Source of the DNA: Styela clava
Lineage: Eukaryota
Reading direction: 5' to 3'
NCBI RefSeq assembly: GCF_964204865.1
Contig: NC_135257.1
Coordinates: 9,982,001-10,046,000 of the forward strand
Length of the DNA stretch: 64,000 bases
The translations under genes and the position numbers were made by a program. This document shows, piece by piece, positions 13,401-26,541 of this stretch. The notes below the pieces were generated by a model, which was given only the letters and a program-made list of their open reading frames with translations, did no database searches and was not told where the DNA came from. Positions within the stretch are counted from its first letter, which is position 1; each line of letters opens with the position of its first letter.

Positions 13401-16400
13401 ACATTTTATATAAGCTGTCCTAAAAGTGAGGGATTTATTTTCAAAACTGCGATATAAAACGTTTTTTTCCACCTCATTGAAACTAAGTATAATATTTAAA
13501 TTCGAAACGACTTTAATTTTGCCCACAACCGAATGCGAAGCGAAAGTAAATAAACCCTATAATATATCATTATTCCAAAATGAAAATAATACACCCCGAA
13601 AACGTAATATAACTTTTAAATTTTCACTAATATTATTAAGGAGATTTCGACAACACCATTTGGGATTTTTCAAGACAAATAAAATCATTTTTCATCATCT
13701 TAGTGTTTTGTATATTTTTCAGCCTCTAGCTCCCGGAATGGTTTGAATGCTATTTATAGTGAACAATGCACATGTATTATGGCAACACTTCCTTCTACTG
13801 ACACACACTCCAATCCATTTGATTATGATATGATGGTATGATGGGATTTATATACAACGATTCTTATTTTTTGTAACTTGATGCCCAATAACTCTTTGGC
13901 ACCAACTTATAGATCAGTTCAAACTGCATAATACTTTGATTAGATATTTTAATATAGTATGCTGCTTGGCAAATCGGAACCAGAAATTTATTTGCAAAAT
14001 AGAGCCCTACTTTCTCAATGACGTTGCCATTGATCGTAATTTAGTCAAAGTCCTGATTTGTATCCAAACAAAGATCGATTTGCTCTATCATCGGCATGCA
14101 ATCTTGCAGAGACAAAAACAGTATGCATTAACTGCGCCTGCGTAGCCAAAGCACTGCATTAAGATCTAACTTTGCAACTAGATTTCCAAAACGGTCTGAA
14201 GCCGTTAATATTTTTTTTCTTAGTTTGTTATCCACTAATTGAATCAAGCTCGCTTATAGATTACGACGAGTCTGCACAACGGGTGTGTAAATAACTTCCG
14301 AGGCACTTCTTCTGTCACTCCTCTTGCTTCATCAGTTGCTACAATGGTACTTCAGGCGAAGTAAGTGGAAGAAATGTGTGTGCATGCATCTGACGAAATG
14401 TCGTTAATTTGTCTTTCATCTTATGTTTCATTCACAGCCCTGCCTTGACATGGAGAGATGTTCAGCATTTGATAGCTCACACTGCATTAGTTGTTGATCC
14501 TAACAATGACAACTGGCAAATTAATGGAGCCGGCTTTCATGTCCATACCTAGTGAGTATTTTTTATTTTTGTTGTTCCCGAATTGACCACGGAGAACTTT
14601 CCGCTAGCACCACAGTCAAGGAAGTAAAAACATAATGGTAGACATTCCCACAATGTTGTATTGTTATTTGCTTTAGTTACGGATTTGGTGCGCTGAATGC
14701 CCTTCACATAACAACAGCCGCCGAAACATGGATCAATGTCGACAGACAGAGGTTGTGCAAACTTCAACATCCGAAATCTCACAGGTAGTCTAATCCAAAA
14801 AAATTCAGCTAAGCTTAGATCAAACAAGTACTTATTCAGAAAATTTTTTAATACTCTTGCCCTCATATATAGCAACCAAAATTGACTTTATGCTTTATAG
14901 TAATCCAAATTAGATTTGAAAAAAGAAAACAACACAACTATATTTATGCAACGCAACATACGACGTCATGTCATTGATGAGATTTCAATTATCAAATTTT
15001 AATCTCTCTTTAAGTCCGGTGAGCGTAATAATGCCAAAGTGGGGTCAGTTGATTGTAGTTTTGTGTTTAAATATACACAGTTTTTAAAAGCTATGCAGAG
15101 AAAACATCTCAAACAGCCACACTCAATATAACTATAACCGTAGCCATTTACCCGTATTTCACTCATAAGAGTTTCCTGAATCATAGGAATTTTCTCTGCG
15201 GCGTCACTCACTGTTTAATTAAAACGTGAGCGAGCTGATTCAATATGACTGTAGCTATATTCTATGTGACATAACTTATCTATCAAATAGGGTTATACCA
15301 AGTGGTGGAACATTGACGATCCAAGCACAGACAAATGGGTGTCAGGATACCGAAAATCAAGTTTTAAAGTTGGAACATGTTCAGGTGTGTTTCTAATTTG
15401 TTAGCGTAATATTCGTATTGGAATAAAAACAACGAATCCAACTGCCATTTTTATATTCCAGGTTGTTATAAGCTACGATGTGAAGTGCAGAGGAGATATC
15501 AGCGTACGAATAAAATCACCATGCGGAACAATATCACAGGTACGCTATGAACTGACGAAATCAGTGTGCATATCTCTATCAGACCATGCTTTCGAGAATT
15601 GTCCCATTGGTTGTTCAAACTCATATTTTTGTTCGCAGGACAGACAAATTTATTAAATTGCTCTATAATATGATACCAAATAACTTATAGCCATGATTGT
15701 AATAGTAATGCTTCCAATTAAAAAAGTCATTTGTCAGTATTAGTAGTAAAGACGCATATACTAAATTGCAATAGAAATGCAGTTATCTGACATGAACAAC
15801 GAGCAAATTGAAATTCTCACCCTTCTTTATACTAACAAAGCCAAACCAACATAAAAACAAAACCCAATATTTTCAGTGGAATAAGTGGTTTTAAGATTCC
15901 TTATACGCCAGTTTCTGTATTTGCATTGTTTGTAATTATAATTACTCCGCATTAATCTTCATATGAATATTGTCATCTAAATTCTAAACCGTCGATATGA
16001 ATATATTGTATATATATATAATAAACTACAAAAATATTCAAAGCTTCATAACTGATGCTTATATTACAGTTAATGAACACCAGAAGACTCGATGATAAAA
16101 CCCTCTTAATTGATTGGCCATATATGTCAGTATTTCATTGGGGAGAAGATCCGAGAGGAACGTGGACTTTGGAGGTAAAAATTCATTTTACATAAATAAC
16201 CGTAGCATTTCATTAGTTGTTGTGTTACATAAAATTGATGTTTTATTAAATGAATTTCGTGTTATGTATTTATTCTTTTTGTTTTGGCTGTGGTCAAATT
16301 AGGAAGTGGTATTAACATCATACACGCTGCATGGAGGAGAATAAAAATATGAACTGATTATTTAAAGCCTTATTCAGAGTAAACCTGCAAAACATTTCAT

Positions 16401-18102
16401 AACAATATGTTTCAGATAACCGACAACAAAGGGACAGCTAGATGTACTCGCTACCAAAATGAAGATATGGCAGGGCATATGTGGAAGTATGAATTATTAT
16501 TATGGGGAGTCAAGGAGCAAACAAGAAGGTACAAATAATTCTTTCTTGAAATTGTTCAATACCTAAAAGAGTGTATTCTAGGTACAGAATATGTAATACC
16601 ATATAGTTCTCGAGTAAATTTAATGTGATTTAGTTCATGATACAATACACTGAATTTTGTGATATGAAAATTATGAAAATGTGTTTTTCTTTGTCGAACT
16701 GTTTTTGTATATATATATTGGCCCTATTTTTTAGAAACTTATCCTCACCGGTTTGTGATCGTAAGCAAGTACGAGATTATATGGAGAACAAAAATCCGCG
16801 AGATAAACATTTTCTGCAGCTTATAAAAGGTGCGTTATTTAATTTTTTTTATGGTGTATGAAAGTCTGCTCAAATTTTTCAACCTAATAAAATTGCCATA
16901 TTGAAACATTCTATATCATCACGGGATATTAGGCCACATTTGGTATATAGGCGAACCATTTTCAAACGTAAAACAAGCCACGACGCAATTTCCTCATCTT
17001 ATTTTCCGGGCACGTTTTTTATTATAGAGTTTCAACTCTCTTTGTATTACGTATAGCATTGTGAAAATTGATATCGAAACTTAACGATAAATCGCTTTAT
17101 ATATCCATATTCAATTATATCCATTTCAATAAACAGCTGGAAAAGTGACAGACAAAAAGATCATTCGCCAAGAGTTTGTTGAAGATTTCAGCGAAGTTAT
17201 TCAAACCAAAGATGAAAATTTATTGCAACCGCGCCCGCCCGGACCACCAAAAGTAATAATTTCATACTATGATGGTATTTCTGCAATTTTTAAATTAGTT
17301 TAATCTGTTTTAAAATCAGTCAGTTTCTATCGTTTTTTCGATTCTGTTGTCGACTATACTTTCCCAGTCACGGCAATGCAATTGAATAATACTGAAGTTA
17401 TCACAAAAGTATTATATGGCAAAATCACAGCACGATACCTTATCGAGTTCTTATACAAATGCGTTTACTGAATTTACTAACTATATTTATATAGATAGCA
17501 CAATACCATAACATAACGTAGCATTCTCCACTCGCACTCAAAATTTGAAAGTACATTTTGCATTGATTCTTGGAACCCTTTTTTGAAATTGTTTGTATCC
17601 ACGAGTCTTCACGTATACAGTAAAGTTAAAATTGTACGTTGTATTGTTTTTCATATTGAAAAGATACGATAATTCGAATATTGCCCGCTTACTTATCCAT
17701 AACGAGAACTGGTTTCGAGTACCAAGACACTAAAACTGAGCTTAACTTTTCCAGAGTAAACCGTATCAGACGCCTTTCCAACGTGTTGCCATGAGTGTAT
17801 GGAGAAAAACTTTCCATGGAACTGAAAGTAAATCGTTGGCACTTGCATCATATGCAGTTGATGGCGTTCAGCCTCACAAAGATCTCATTCAACAAAAGCA
17901 TTTCGAAGTAGTGCGAAATAAAATAGCTGATTCTTTAATAGATGCCGCCCAAGTACAAAATGACGATGGAGAACGGATTATAAGAGGCGACCTGCATCAC
18001 TATGCTAAAGCGTTAATCTCAGGGAGCAAGACAAACAAATTGTCGCTACCTAAAAAGGAGGCAGCACTCATTTTTAAAAGACTCTCTCTGTTTTGGAATT
18101 AG
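7449..18102 (+). CDS. Proprotein convertase (subtilisin/kexin, S8B family), 21 exons, ~817 aa: signal peptide, pro-domain, catalytic domain, P domain and an unrecognised C-terminal extension
   Basis: Exons, all GT-AG and phase-compatible, total 2454 nt: 7449-7640, 8117-8215, 8627-8775, 9672-9708, 10173-10319, 10809-10879, 10980-11068, 11379-11463, 12809-12896, 13136-13247, 13723-13835, 14260-14360, 14438-14551, 14677-14784, 15291-15384, 15462-15539, 16070-16174, 16416-16528, 16735-16829, 17137-17252, 17755-18102. Motifs: FNDFRWPCQWQL, VAIVDDG (Asp), HGTYCAG (His), NSWGP, FASGNGG (oxyanion Asn), GTSSVTP (Ser), LTWRDVQHL, YGFGALNA, LEHVQ, RGD, HWGEDPRGTWTLE. Orthology to a named PCSK is not resolved. 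Confidence 0.93.
8930..9360. mobile_element. Intronic foldback/MITE-like element with an internal 52-bp minisatellite
   Basis: Left arm repeats AAATTCGCCGCA, right arm repeats GCGGCGATTTT/CGGCGAAATTT. About 3.5 copies of a 52-bp unit at ~8995-9175 (ATTTGTGATA at 9071 and 9123). Confidence 0.6.
12418..12590. repeat. Degenerate ~24-bp tandem array (about 7 units) in convertase intron 8
   Basis: Recurring TCCGAAGTT..(C/T)ATT(C/T)(C/T)AAAT units with no unique spacers. Confidence 0.7.
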
Positions 18103-19177
18103 ATGTCACACAGATCTTGGACATGTTTATATATAGTCGAATTTAAGGAAATTATAGACTATTTATTTATATATAGATTATATACACAGTTTTAAATAGA
18201 AATTAGTGGTGTATTAAAATATTCAATTTGGATTTCATCTAATCATGTGTGTTCATTTCTCTCTTGTTCGAAGAATAATTAAAAATTTGCAGTCGATCAT
18301 TAAATGAGCAGCACTTTTATAATATATTCTGGCTCATCACAATTATGTATCTTTGTGTGCCGCAATAATAATAGAATTCATCTGAATTGAGTCGTGTTAT
18401 ATAATTTAAAACAAAATCATTATCTTGGTCTTTAAGTCGACAAAGAAATAAATGACTCTGAATATATTAACTTTAATATTGCTATTACATACGAATCAAT
18501 GTGATAGTGGTTGCAAATTAGACATGGTGCTCACATATATAGTTGTCGGTCTAGCAATGGGAGAGTGAATTATAAAGCCACCGCTTCTGATATACCTTTC
18601 ATAAGTTTGTAAAATATAGGTTCGAACTCTTTCTTTATGATGCTGTGACATCGATACGCTATAGTTACATTTACATTGTGCTGAAACCCCTTCCGTTATT
18701 GATTACTAACACTTTTCGCTTTGCGTGGGTCTTTTTTACACTTGCCGCGTACTCATCAATCGCAACATATATAATGATAATATGCGAGCGCACTCAATTC
18801 CATGACCAGGTTTTGTTGACGCTGCTTATTTTTCTTAAATGAACAGACAGTATATGTTTTGTGTACTGTTTGAAATGTTTACTATAATGTTGATATGAGT
18901 TCATTTTCGGACAGGCTGTCAATGACAGAGTAGTGCGAATAACACGATTTTCATGGCTTTTAGGAATTTTCTGACAGTTTCGCGTGAAGATCGTCTACTA
19001 CAGGAATTCGCAGCTTATGCGAAATCCCCTGTCATTGATATATGAAATAGTTAAAATCAACTAGTTACATTTTTACACTTTTACACATATGTGGAATTTG
19101 TACCACGATTACTACATTTGATAATTATCCTGTAAAAGTATTCTAGATATTCTCTGAATCATTTAGTTTTGTGCAAT

Positions 19178-21266
19178 TTATTTGGTTCGTAAACAGTCGA
19201 CTGACTCCGTATTGATGAAAGTTGGAAAAACATCGCACCATTGTTTGATTCTCTTGGTTGATTCGTTAGTATGGATTATTTTTGCTATGTCTTTTTCCAT
19301 CATTCCAAATGTTCCTCCTACGAAAACATTCAGTATATTAACTTAATTAAAGATAAACAATCGCACGTTTATATATTTCTCTCCTAACAAAAATATAGAG
19401 GTTGGCACCTGTGTGGATGAATAAAATCCGCTTTCCTTTAAAGCGACCTGGATTGATCCTAAGCTCTGTTTTGAGACCTTTAAGAGCTTTTCCTACGTAC
19501 ACAGGATCACAGTATATTCCAGTTGTTCTTATAGTCGACTGATTAATTACTGCAAAAACAAACAAGGAATTATTACCCGCTATTCGCAAATTTGGATATA
19601 TATATATATATCAATCATTCAGCACAAGTGACACGAGAATAAATATTTTTTCCTCCTTGTCTTTGGATTCAATTTAGTGTCACAAAAGAAGAAAAATCAG
19701 GTTGTCTGTGCACTTACTAACATCTTCCTTCGTGTAGACATTGTATCCTCCGCCGATATAACCGTCAATGATATCAAAAAGATCTTTGGATTTAACATCT
19801 AAACCGAAACGACACAATGTCTTGTCCATTTTGTCTTGAACTAATTCTATGGTGCTTGAAGTCAGGACGGGGTGAATCCTATAAAAAAAATCATTTATTT
19901 GAAAGAAAATATAAACAGCTCAAATGGTTCAAAATGATTCGAAAAATATATTATCTGTACAACAACTAATTTCCAGAAACAAAAGTATATACTTTGTCGG
20001 TGAAAGTGCATTGTCTTCTGTTTTTCCCCTTGCGTCAAATACAAATACAATTAACAACGAACAGAATATATATCGTTACTTTAATTTTGAATGTCAAAAA
20101 GACTGTCAATCTTATAATACTGTCATATAAATATAAAAGAACAACTACCAAACGACTTGAAAACGTGTTTACGTAATTACTTGAGTTTACTTCCGGTAAG
20201 ATAGTTTCCGATTCCAAGACCAATAGCAGTCCCCGAAGTTCCATTGGCAAAAACAACATCGTCATAACGTTCGTGAACTTTCTGTTTCATCAATTCTTCC
20301 CAAGCGCTGATGTAACCAAATATGGCGAGCTCGTTGTCGCCCCCACATGGAATATGATACGGTATACTTTTGGTAGTCTCTCTGAATAAAGAATTTACAT
20401 AAGTAATCACGAAGTTAGCTATAAATAGTTTCGTTAAATAATTGCTTTCAAATTTCCAGTATTCAAGCGATCACTTTAATTTGTTTTTGACTCGTGAAAT
20501 TTTTCTTTAATTAAAAATTTTACGAATTTTGAAAACTTGCATTGCCTAAGGAATTTTTTGCCAAATGGATCGTAGCGAGGCAATCGTGCACATGTATGTT
20601 GTTCTCTCTTGTATTCAATATTTTATTCAATGACTTAATATGTTTAGCGTATATCGTAAGTAGAATAAGCCATAATGTACTTGGTAAAATATCGTCGTTT
20701 AACTAACTGAAATACCAACATTTATAAACAATATTTTTTTCTACATTACCCGATATATTTTGCCAAGTGCTTAATATAATTTTCAAATGTCTCTGTCGTG
20801 AACGGTTGCCATGGTAAAATGTATATATTCGGACTACCAGCTTCCATCATTATAAAATTTCCTGATGTACTGTATGACTCGCCGATCTACATTCCAGAGG
20901 TATTATATGATAGAAACAAGCTTTATGCTATTATCTCATTATTTAACAAAATAGGGAAGTGGTGAGGACATGTAAGCATACAATAAAGCAGATTACGTTT
21001 GACTAATTTTTTAATTCTATAATCAGGTAATCAGCGATTACGTAGAACTAGATCGGTGTATTACTGTGTAATTAATGCAATAAGTTAATTCAAATTCGAA
21101 TTCTCACTTCTTCCCTTGAACGAAGTACTAGATGACAGTCGAGACCCAATTGTCTAGCAGCGACAAGGGTAGCACGAGAATGATTAGATTGTGTTGTACC
21201 ACCTGTTATCACAGATTTGTAACCTTTGACCATCGCATCAGCAAGAAGAAACTCAAGCTTTCTAAC
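19178..21266 (-). pseudogene. 5'-truncated D-cysteine desulfhydrase-family copy 1 (exons 3-8 only, intact frame, no start codon or PLP lysine)
   Basis: Near-identical to exons 3-8 of 35773-39516. Upstream of it the sequence runs through the junction at 21713/21714 into a convertase intron. Confidence 0.85.
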
Positions 21267-21580
21267 CTGATAATTAGAATGGATGATTCGAACTGCAGGA
21301 AATATTAAGAGGTGTTACTTGCACTCTACCATATTTTAATCTATTGAATATGAGTTTTGTTACAAGCTGTATTAATTCCATCCTGAGGTGTTTTTCAAGC
21401 GAGACGTTAACATAATATACAAACTTTTATTACTTTTATTCAACTCTTGGCATTGCAGGAGGGAAATGGTATTTTGTAAGTCCCACATTATTTTAACTAA
21501 TTTGGTACGCGAGCGCCAAAAAAATAATTTTAGTTCCTTAAAGAAAGCAGATGTAATTTCCATGGCATCTGTACATGATA

Positions 21581-21680
21581 TTTGGCCTAGTGGTTAAAGC
21601 GCTGGGCCTAACTAGGCACCGCAGGATTAAATCCTATGCCCACTACCTCACTCAGGGTATGATAAATTGGGTAGGCAATG
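21581..21680 (+). mobile_element. tRNA-derived SINE head (also at ~29970 and, with an A-box deletion, ~38166)
   Basis: A box TGGCCTAGTGGTT and B-box-like GGATTAAATCC. No acceptor stem. Confidence 0.55.
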
Positions 21681-21929
21681 TCAATCGAAATATTCTGGTT
21701 CTTCCAAAAATAGACGACTTTAATTTTGCCCACAACCGAATGCGAAGCGAAAGTAAATAAACCCTATAATATATCATTATTCCAAAATGAAAATAATACA
21801 CCCCGAAAACGTAATATAACTTTTAAATTTTCACTAATATTATTAAGGAGATTTCGACAACACCATTTGGGATTTTTCAAGACAAATAAAATCTTTTTTC
21901 ATCATCTTAGTGTTTTGTATATTTTTCAG

Positions 21930-24900
21930 CCTCTAGCTCCCGGAATGGTTTGAATGCTATTTATAGTGAACAATGCACATGTATTATGGCAACACTTCCT
22001 TCTACTGACACACACTCCAATCCATTTGATTATGATATGATGGTATGATGGGATTTATATACAACGATTCTTATTTTTTGTAACTTGATGCCCAATAACT
22101 CTTTGGCACCAACTTATAGATCAGTTCAAACGGCATAATACTTTGATTAGATATTTTAATATAGTATGCTGCTTGGCAAATCGGAACCAGAAATTTATTC
22201 GCAAAATAGAGCCCTACTTTCTAAATGACGTTGCCATTGATCGTAATTTAGTCAAAGTCCTGATTTGTATCCAAACAAAGATCGATTTGCTCTATCATCG
22301 GCATGCAATCTTGCAGAGACAAAAACAGTATGCATTAACTGCGCCTGCGTAGCCAAAGCACTGCATTAAGATCTAACTTTGCAACTAGATTTCCAAAACG
22401 GTCTGAAGCCGTTAATATTTTTTTTCTTAGTTTGTTATCCACTAATTGAATCAAGCTCGCTTATAGATTACGACGAGTCTGCACAACGGGTGTGTAAATA
22501 ACTTCCGAGGCACTTCTTCTGTCACTCCTCTTGCTTCATCAGTTGCTACAATGGTACTTCAGGCGAAGTAAGTGGAAGAAATGTGTGTGCTGACGAAATG
22601 TCGTTAATTTGTCTCTCATCTTATGTTTCATTCACAGCCCTGCCTTGACATGGAGAGATGTTCAGCATTTGATAGCTCACACTGCATTAGTTGTTGATCC
22701 TAACAATGACAACTGGCAAATTAATGGAGCCGGCTTTCATGTCCATACCTAGTGAGTATTTTTTATTTTTGTTGTTCCCGAATTGACCACGGAGAACTTT
22801 ACGCTAGCACCACAGTCAAGGAAGTAAAAACATAATGGTAGACATTTTCCGCAATGTTGTATTGTTATTTGCTTTAGTTACGGATTTGGTGCGCTGAATG
22901 CCCTTCACATAACAACAGCCGCCGAAACATGGATCAATGTCGACAAACAGAGGTTCTGCAAACTTCAACATCCGAAATCTCACAGGTAGTCTAATCCAAA
23001 AAATGTCAGCTAAGCTTAGATCAAACAAGTACTTATTCAGGAAAATTTTTAATACTCTTGCCCTCATGTATAGCAACCAGAATTGACTTTATGCTTTATA
23101 GTAATCCAAATTAGATTTGAAAAAAGAAAAGAACACAACTATATTTATGCAACGCAACACACGACGTCATGTCATTGATGAGATTTCAATTATCAAATTT
23201 TAATCTCTCTTAAAGTTTGGTGAACGTAATAATGCCAAAGTGGGGTCAGTTGATTGTAGTTTTGTGTTTAAATATACACAGTTTTTAAAAGCTATGCAGA
23301 GAAAACATCGCAAACAGCCACACTCAATATAACTATAACCGTAGCCATTTACCCGTATTTCACTCATAAGAGTTTCCTCAATCATAGGAATTTTCTCTGC
23401 GACGTCACTCACTGTTTAATTAAAACGTGAGCGAGCTGATTCAATATGACTGTAGCTATATTCTATGTGACATAACTTATTTATCAAATAGGGTTATACC
23501 AAGTGGTGGAACATTGACGATCCAAGCACAGACAAATGGGTGTCAGGATAGCGAAAATCAAGTTTTAAAGTTGGAACATGTTCAGGTGTGTTTCTAATTT
23601 GTTAGCGTAATATTCGTATTGAAATAAAAACAACGAGTCCAACTGCCATTATTATATTCCAGGTTGTTATAAGCTACGATGTGAAGTGCAGAGGAGATAT
23701 CAGCGTGCGAATAAAATCCCCATGCGGAACAATATCACAGGTACGCTATGAACTGACGAAATCAGTGTGCATATCTCTATCAGACCATGCTTGCGAGATT
23801 TTTCCCATTGGTTGTTCAAACCCATATTTTTGTTCGCGGGACAGACAAATTGCTCTGTAATATGATACCAAATAATTTACAGCCATGGTTGTAATAGTAA
23901 TGCTTCCAATTAAAAAATGATTTGTCAGTATTAGTAGTAAAGACGCATATACTAAATTGCAATAGAAATGCAGTTATCTGACATGAACAACGAGCAAATT
24001 GAAATTCTTGCCCTTCTTTATACTAACAAAGCCAAACAAACACAAAAACAAAACCCAATATTTTCAGTGGAATAAGTGGTTTTAAGATTCCTTATACGCC
24101 AGTTTCTGTACTTGCATCGTTTGTAATTATAATTACTACGCATTAATCTTCATATATGAACATTGTCTTCTAAACCGTCGATATAAGTATATTGTATATA
24201 TATATATAACAAACTACAAAAATATTCAAAGCTTCATAACTGATGCTTATATTACAGTTAATGAACACCAGAAGACTCGATGATAAAACCCTCTTAATTG
24301 ATTGGCCATATATGTCAGTATTTCATTGGGGAGAAGATCCGAGAGGAACGTGGACTTTGGAGGTAAAAATTCATTTTACATAAATAACCGTAGCATTTCA
24401 TTAGTTGTTGTGTTACATAAAATTGATGTTTTATTAAATGAATTTCGTGTTATGTATTTATTCTTTTTTTTTGACTGTGGTCAAATTAGGAAGTGGTATT
24501 AACATCATACACGCTGCTTGGAGGAGAATAAAAATATGAACTGATTATTACTTATCGATCTTAAGATCGGTAAGTATATTGATAGGTATTTGTCTGTATG
24601 TCTGTCTGTCTGTGTGTCTGTGTGTGTGTCTGTTAGATGAACGCGATATCTCACGAACGCGTGGTTGAATCTGCTCCAAATTTTGCATGTACATGCATCT
24701 TACCTCGGACCAGAAGCCTATAGATTTTGGGTTAATTATGTCGTATAATTAGCGAGTTATTAACTAATTACCGATCTAAGATCGATAAGTCTTCGGTCTC
24801 CGACCGATATTCTCGTTTAAAGCCTTATTCAGAGTAAACCTGCAAAACATTTCATAACAATATGTTTCAGATAACCGACAACAAAGGGACAGCTAGATGT

Positions 24901-26541
24901 ACTCGTTACCAAAATGAAGATATGGCAGGGCATATGTGGAAGTATGAATTATTATTATGGGGAGTCAAGGAGCAAACAAGAAGGTACAAATAATTCTTTC
25001 TTGAAATTGTTCAATACCTAAAAGAGTGTATTCTAGGTACAGAATATGTAATACCATATAGTTCTCGAGTAAATTTAATGTGATTTAGTTCATGATACAA
25101 TACACTGAATTTTGTGATATGAAAATTATGAAAATGTGTTTTTCTTTGTCGAACTGTTTTTGTATATATATATTGGCCCTATTTTTTAGAAATTTATCCT
25201 CACCGGTTTGTGATCGTAAGCAAGTACGAGATTATATGGAGAACAAAAGTCCGCGAGATAAACATTTTCTGCAGCTTATAAAAGGTGCGTTATTTAATTT
25301 TTTTTATAGTGTATGAAAGTCTGCTCAATCAACCTAATAAAATTGCCATATTGAAGCATTCTATATCATCACGGGATATTAGGCCACATTTGTTATATAG
25401 GCGAACCATTTTCAAACGTAAAACAAGCCACGACGCAATTTCCTCATGTTATTATCCGGGCACGTTTTTTATTATAGAGTTTCAACTCTCTTTGTATTAC
25501 GTATAGCATTGTGAAAATTGATATCGAAACTTAACGATAAATCGCTTTACTCTTATATCCATTTCAATAAACAGCTGGAAAAGTGACAGACAAAAAGATC
25601 ATTCGCCAAGAGTTTGTTGAAGATTTCAGCGAAGTTATTCAAACCAAAGATGAAAATTTATTGCAACCGCGCCCGCCCGGACCACCAAAAGTAATAATTT
25701 ATTACTATGATTGTATTTCTGCAATTTTTAAATTAGTTTAATCTGTTTTAAAATCAGTCAGTTTCTATCATTTTTTCGATTCGGTTGTCGACTATACTTT
25801 CCCAGTCACGGCAATGCAATTGAATAATACTGAAGTTATCACAAAAGTATTATATGGCAAAATCACACGATGCCTTATCGAGTGCTTATACAATTACAAA
25901 TGCGTTTACTGAATTTACTAACTATATTTATATAGATAGCACAATACCATAACATAACGTAGCATTCTCCACTCGCACTCAAAATTTGAAAGTACATTTT
26001 GCATTGATTCTTGGAACCCTTTTTTGAAATTGTTTGTATCTACGAGTCTTCACGTATACAATAAAGATAAAATTGTACGTTGTATTGTTTCATATTAAAA
26101 AGATACAATAATTCGAATATTTCCCGCTTACTTATCCATAACGAGAACTGGTTTCGAGTACCAAAACACTAAAACTGAGCTTAACTTTTTCAGAGTAAAC
26201 CGTATCAGACGCCTTTCCAGCGCGTTGCCATGAGTGTATGGAGAAAAACTTTCCATGGAACTGAAAGTAAATCGTTGGCACTTGCATCATATGCAGTTGA
26301 TGGCGTTCAGCCTCACAAAGATCTCATTCAACAAAAGCATTTCGAAGTAGTGCGAAATAAAATAGCTGATTCTTTAATAGATGCCGCCCAAGTACAAAAT
26401 GACGATGGAGAACGGATCATAAGAGGCGACCTGCATCACTATGCTAAAGCGTTAATCTCAGGGAGCAAGACAAACAAATTGTCGCTACCTACAAAGGAGG
26501 CAGCACTCATTTTTAAAAGACTCTCTCTGTTTTGGAATTAA
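21930..26541 (+). pseudogene. 5'-truncated convertase copy 2 (exons 11-21, intact frame and splice sites; has the catalytic Ser but lacks Asp, His and Asn)
   Basis: Exon-by-exon match to 13723-18102. I saw no stops or frameshifts in the exons. Confidence 0.85.
24550..24817 (+). mobile_element. Helentron-associated / DINE-1-like non-autonomous element (HINE), present only in unit 2
   Basis: Empty site CTGATTATT|TAAAGCC in units 1 and 3. Palindromic sub-terminal inverted repeats ACTTATCGATCTTAAGATCGGTAA / TTACCGATCTAAGATCGATAAGT, a GTCT/GT microsatellite, a 3' hairpin TCGGTC-TCC-GACCGA, and insertion in a T run without a clear TSD. Confidence 0.85.

Larger units (their letters stand above)
13507..21713 (+). 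repeat. Tandem triplication, unit 1 (8207 bp)
   Basis: Sequence beginning ACGACTTTAATTTTGCCCACAACC recurs at 21714 and 30103. The unit ends ...CCAAAAATAG. Confidence 0.95.

Noticed and set aside
14545-14560. Apparent in-frame stop (ACC TAG) in convertase exon 13
   Set aside because: The donor splits the codon (TA|gtgagt ... ag|T), giving TAT (Tyr).
13426-15211. Short ORFs recurring three times (e.g. 13936, 22143, 30539; 14549, 22816, 31152)
   Set aside because: Intronic or antisense frames that recur only because of the triplication.
21581-21650. Possible tRNA gene (three copies)
   Set aside because: A- and B-box-like motifs only, with no cloverleaf or acceptor stem, and the copy at ~38166 has lost its A box. 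Treated as a SINE head.
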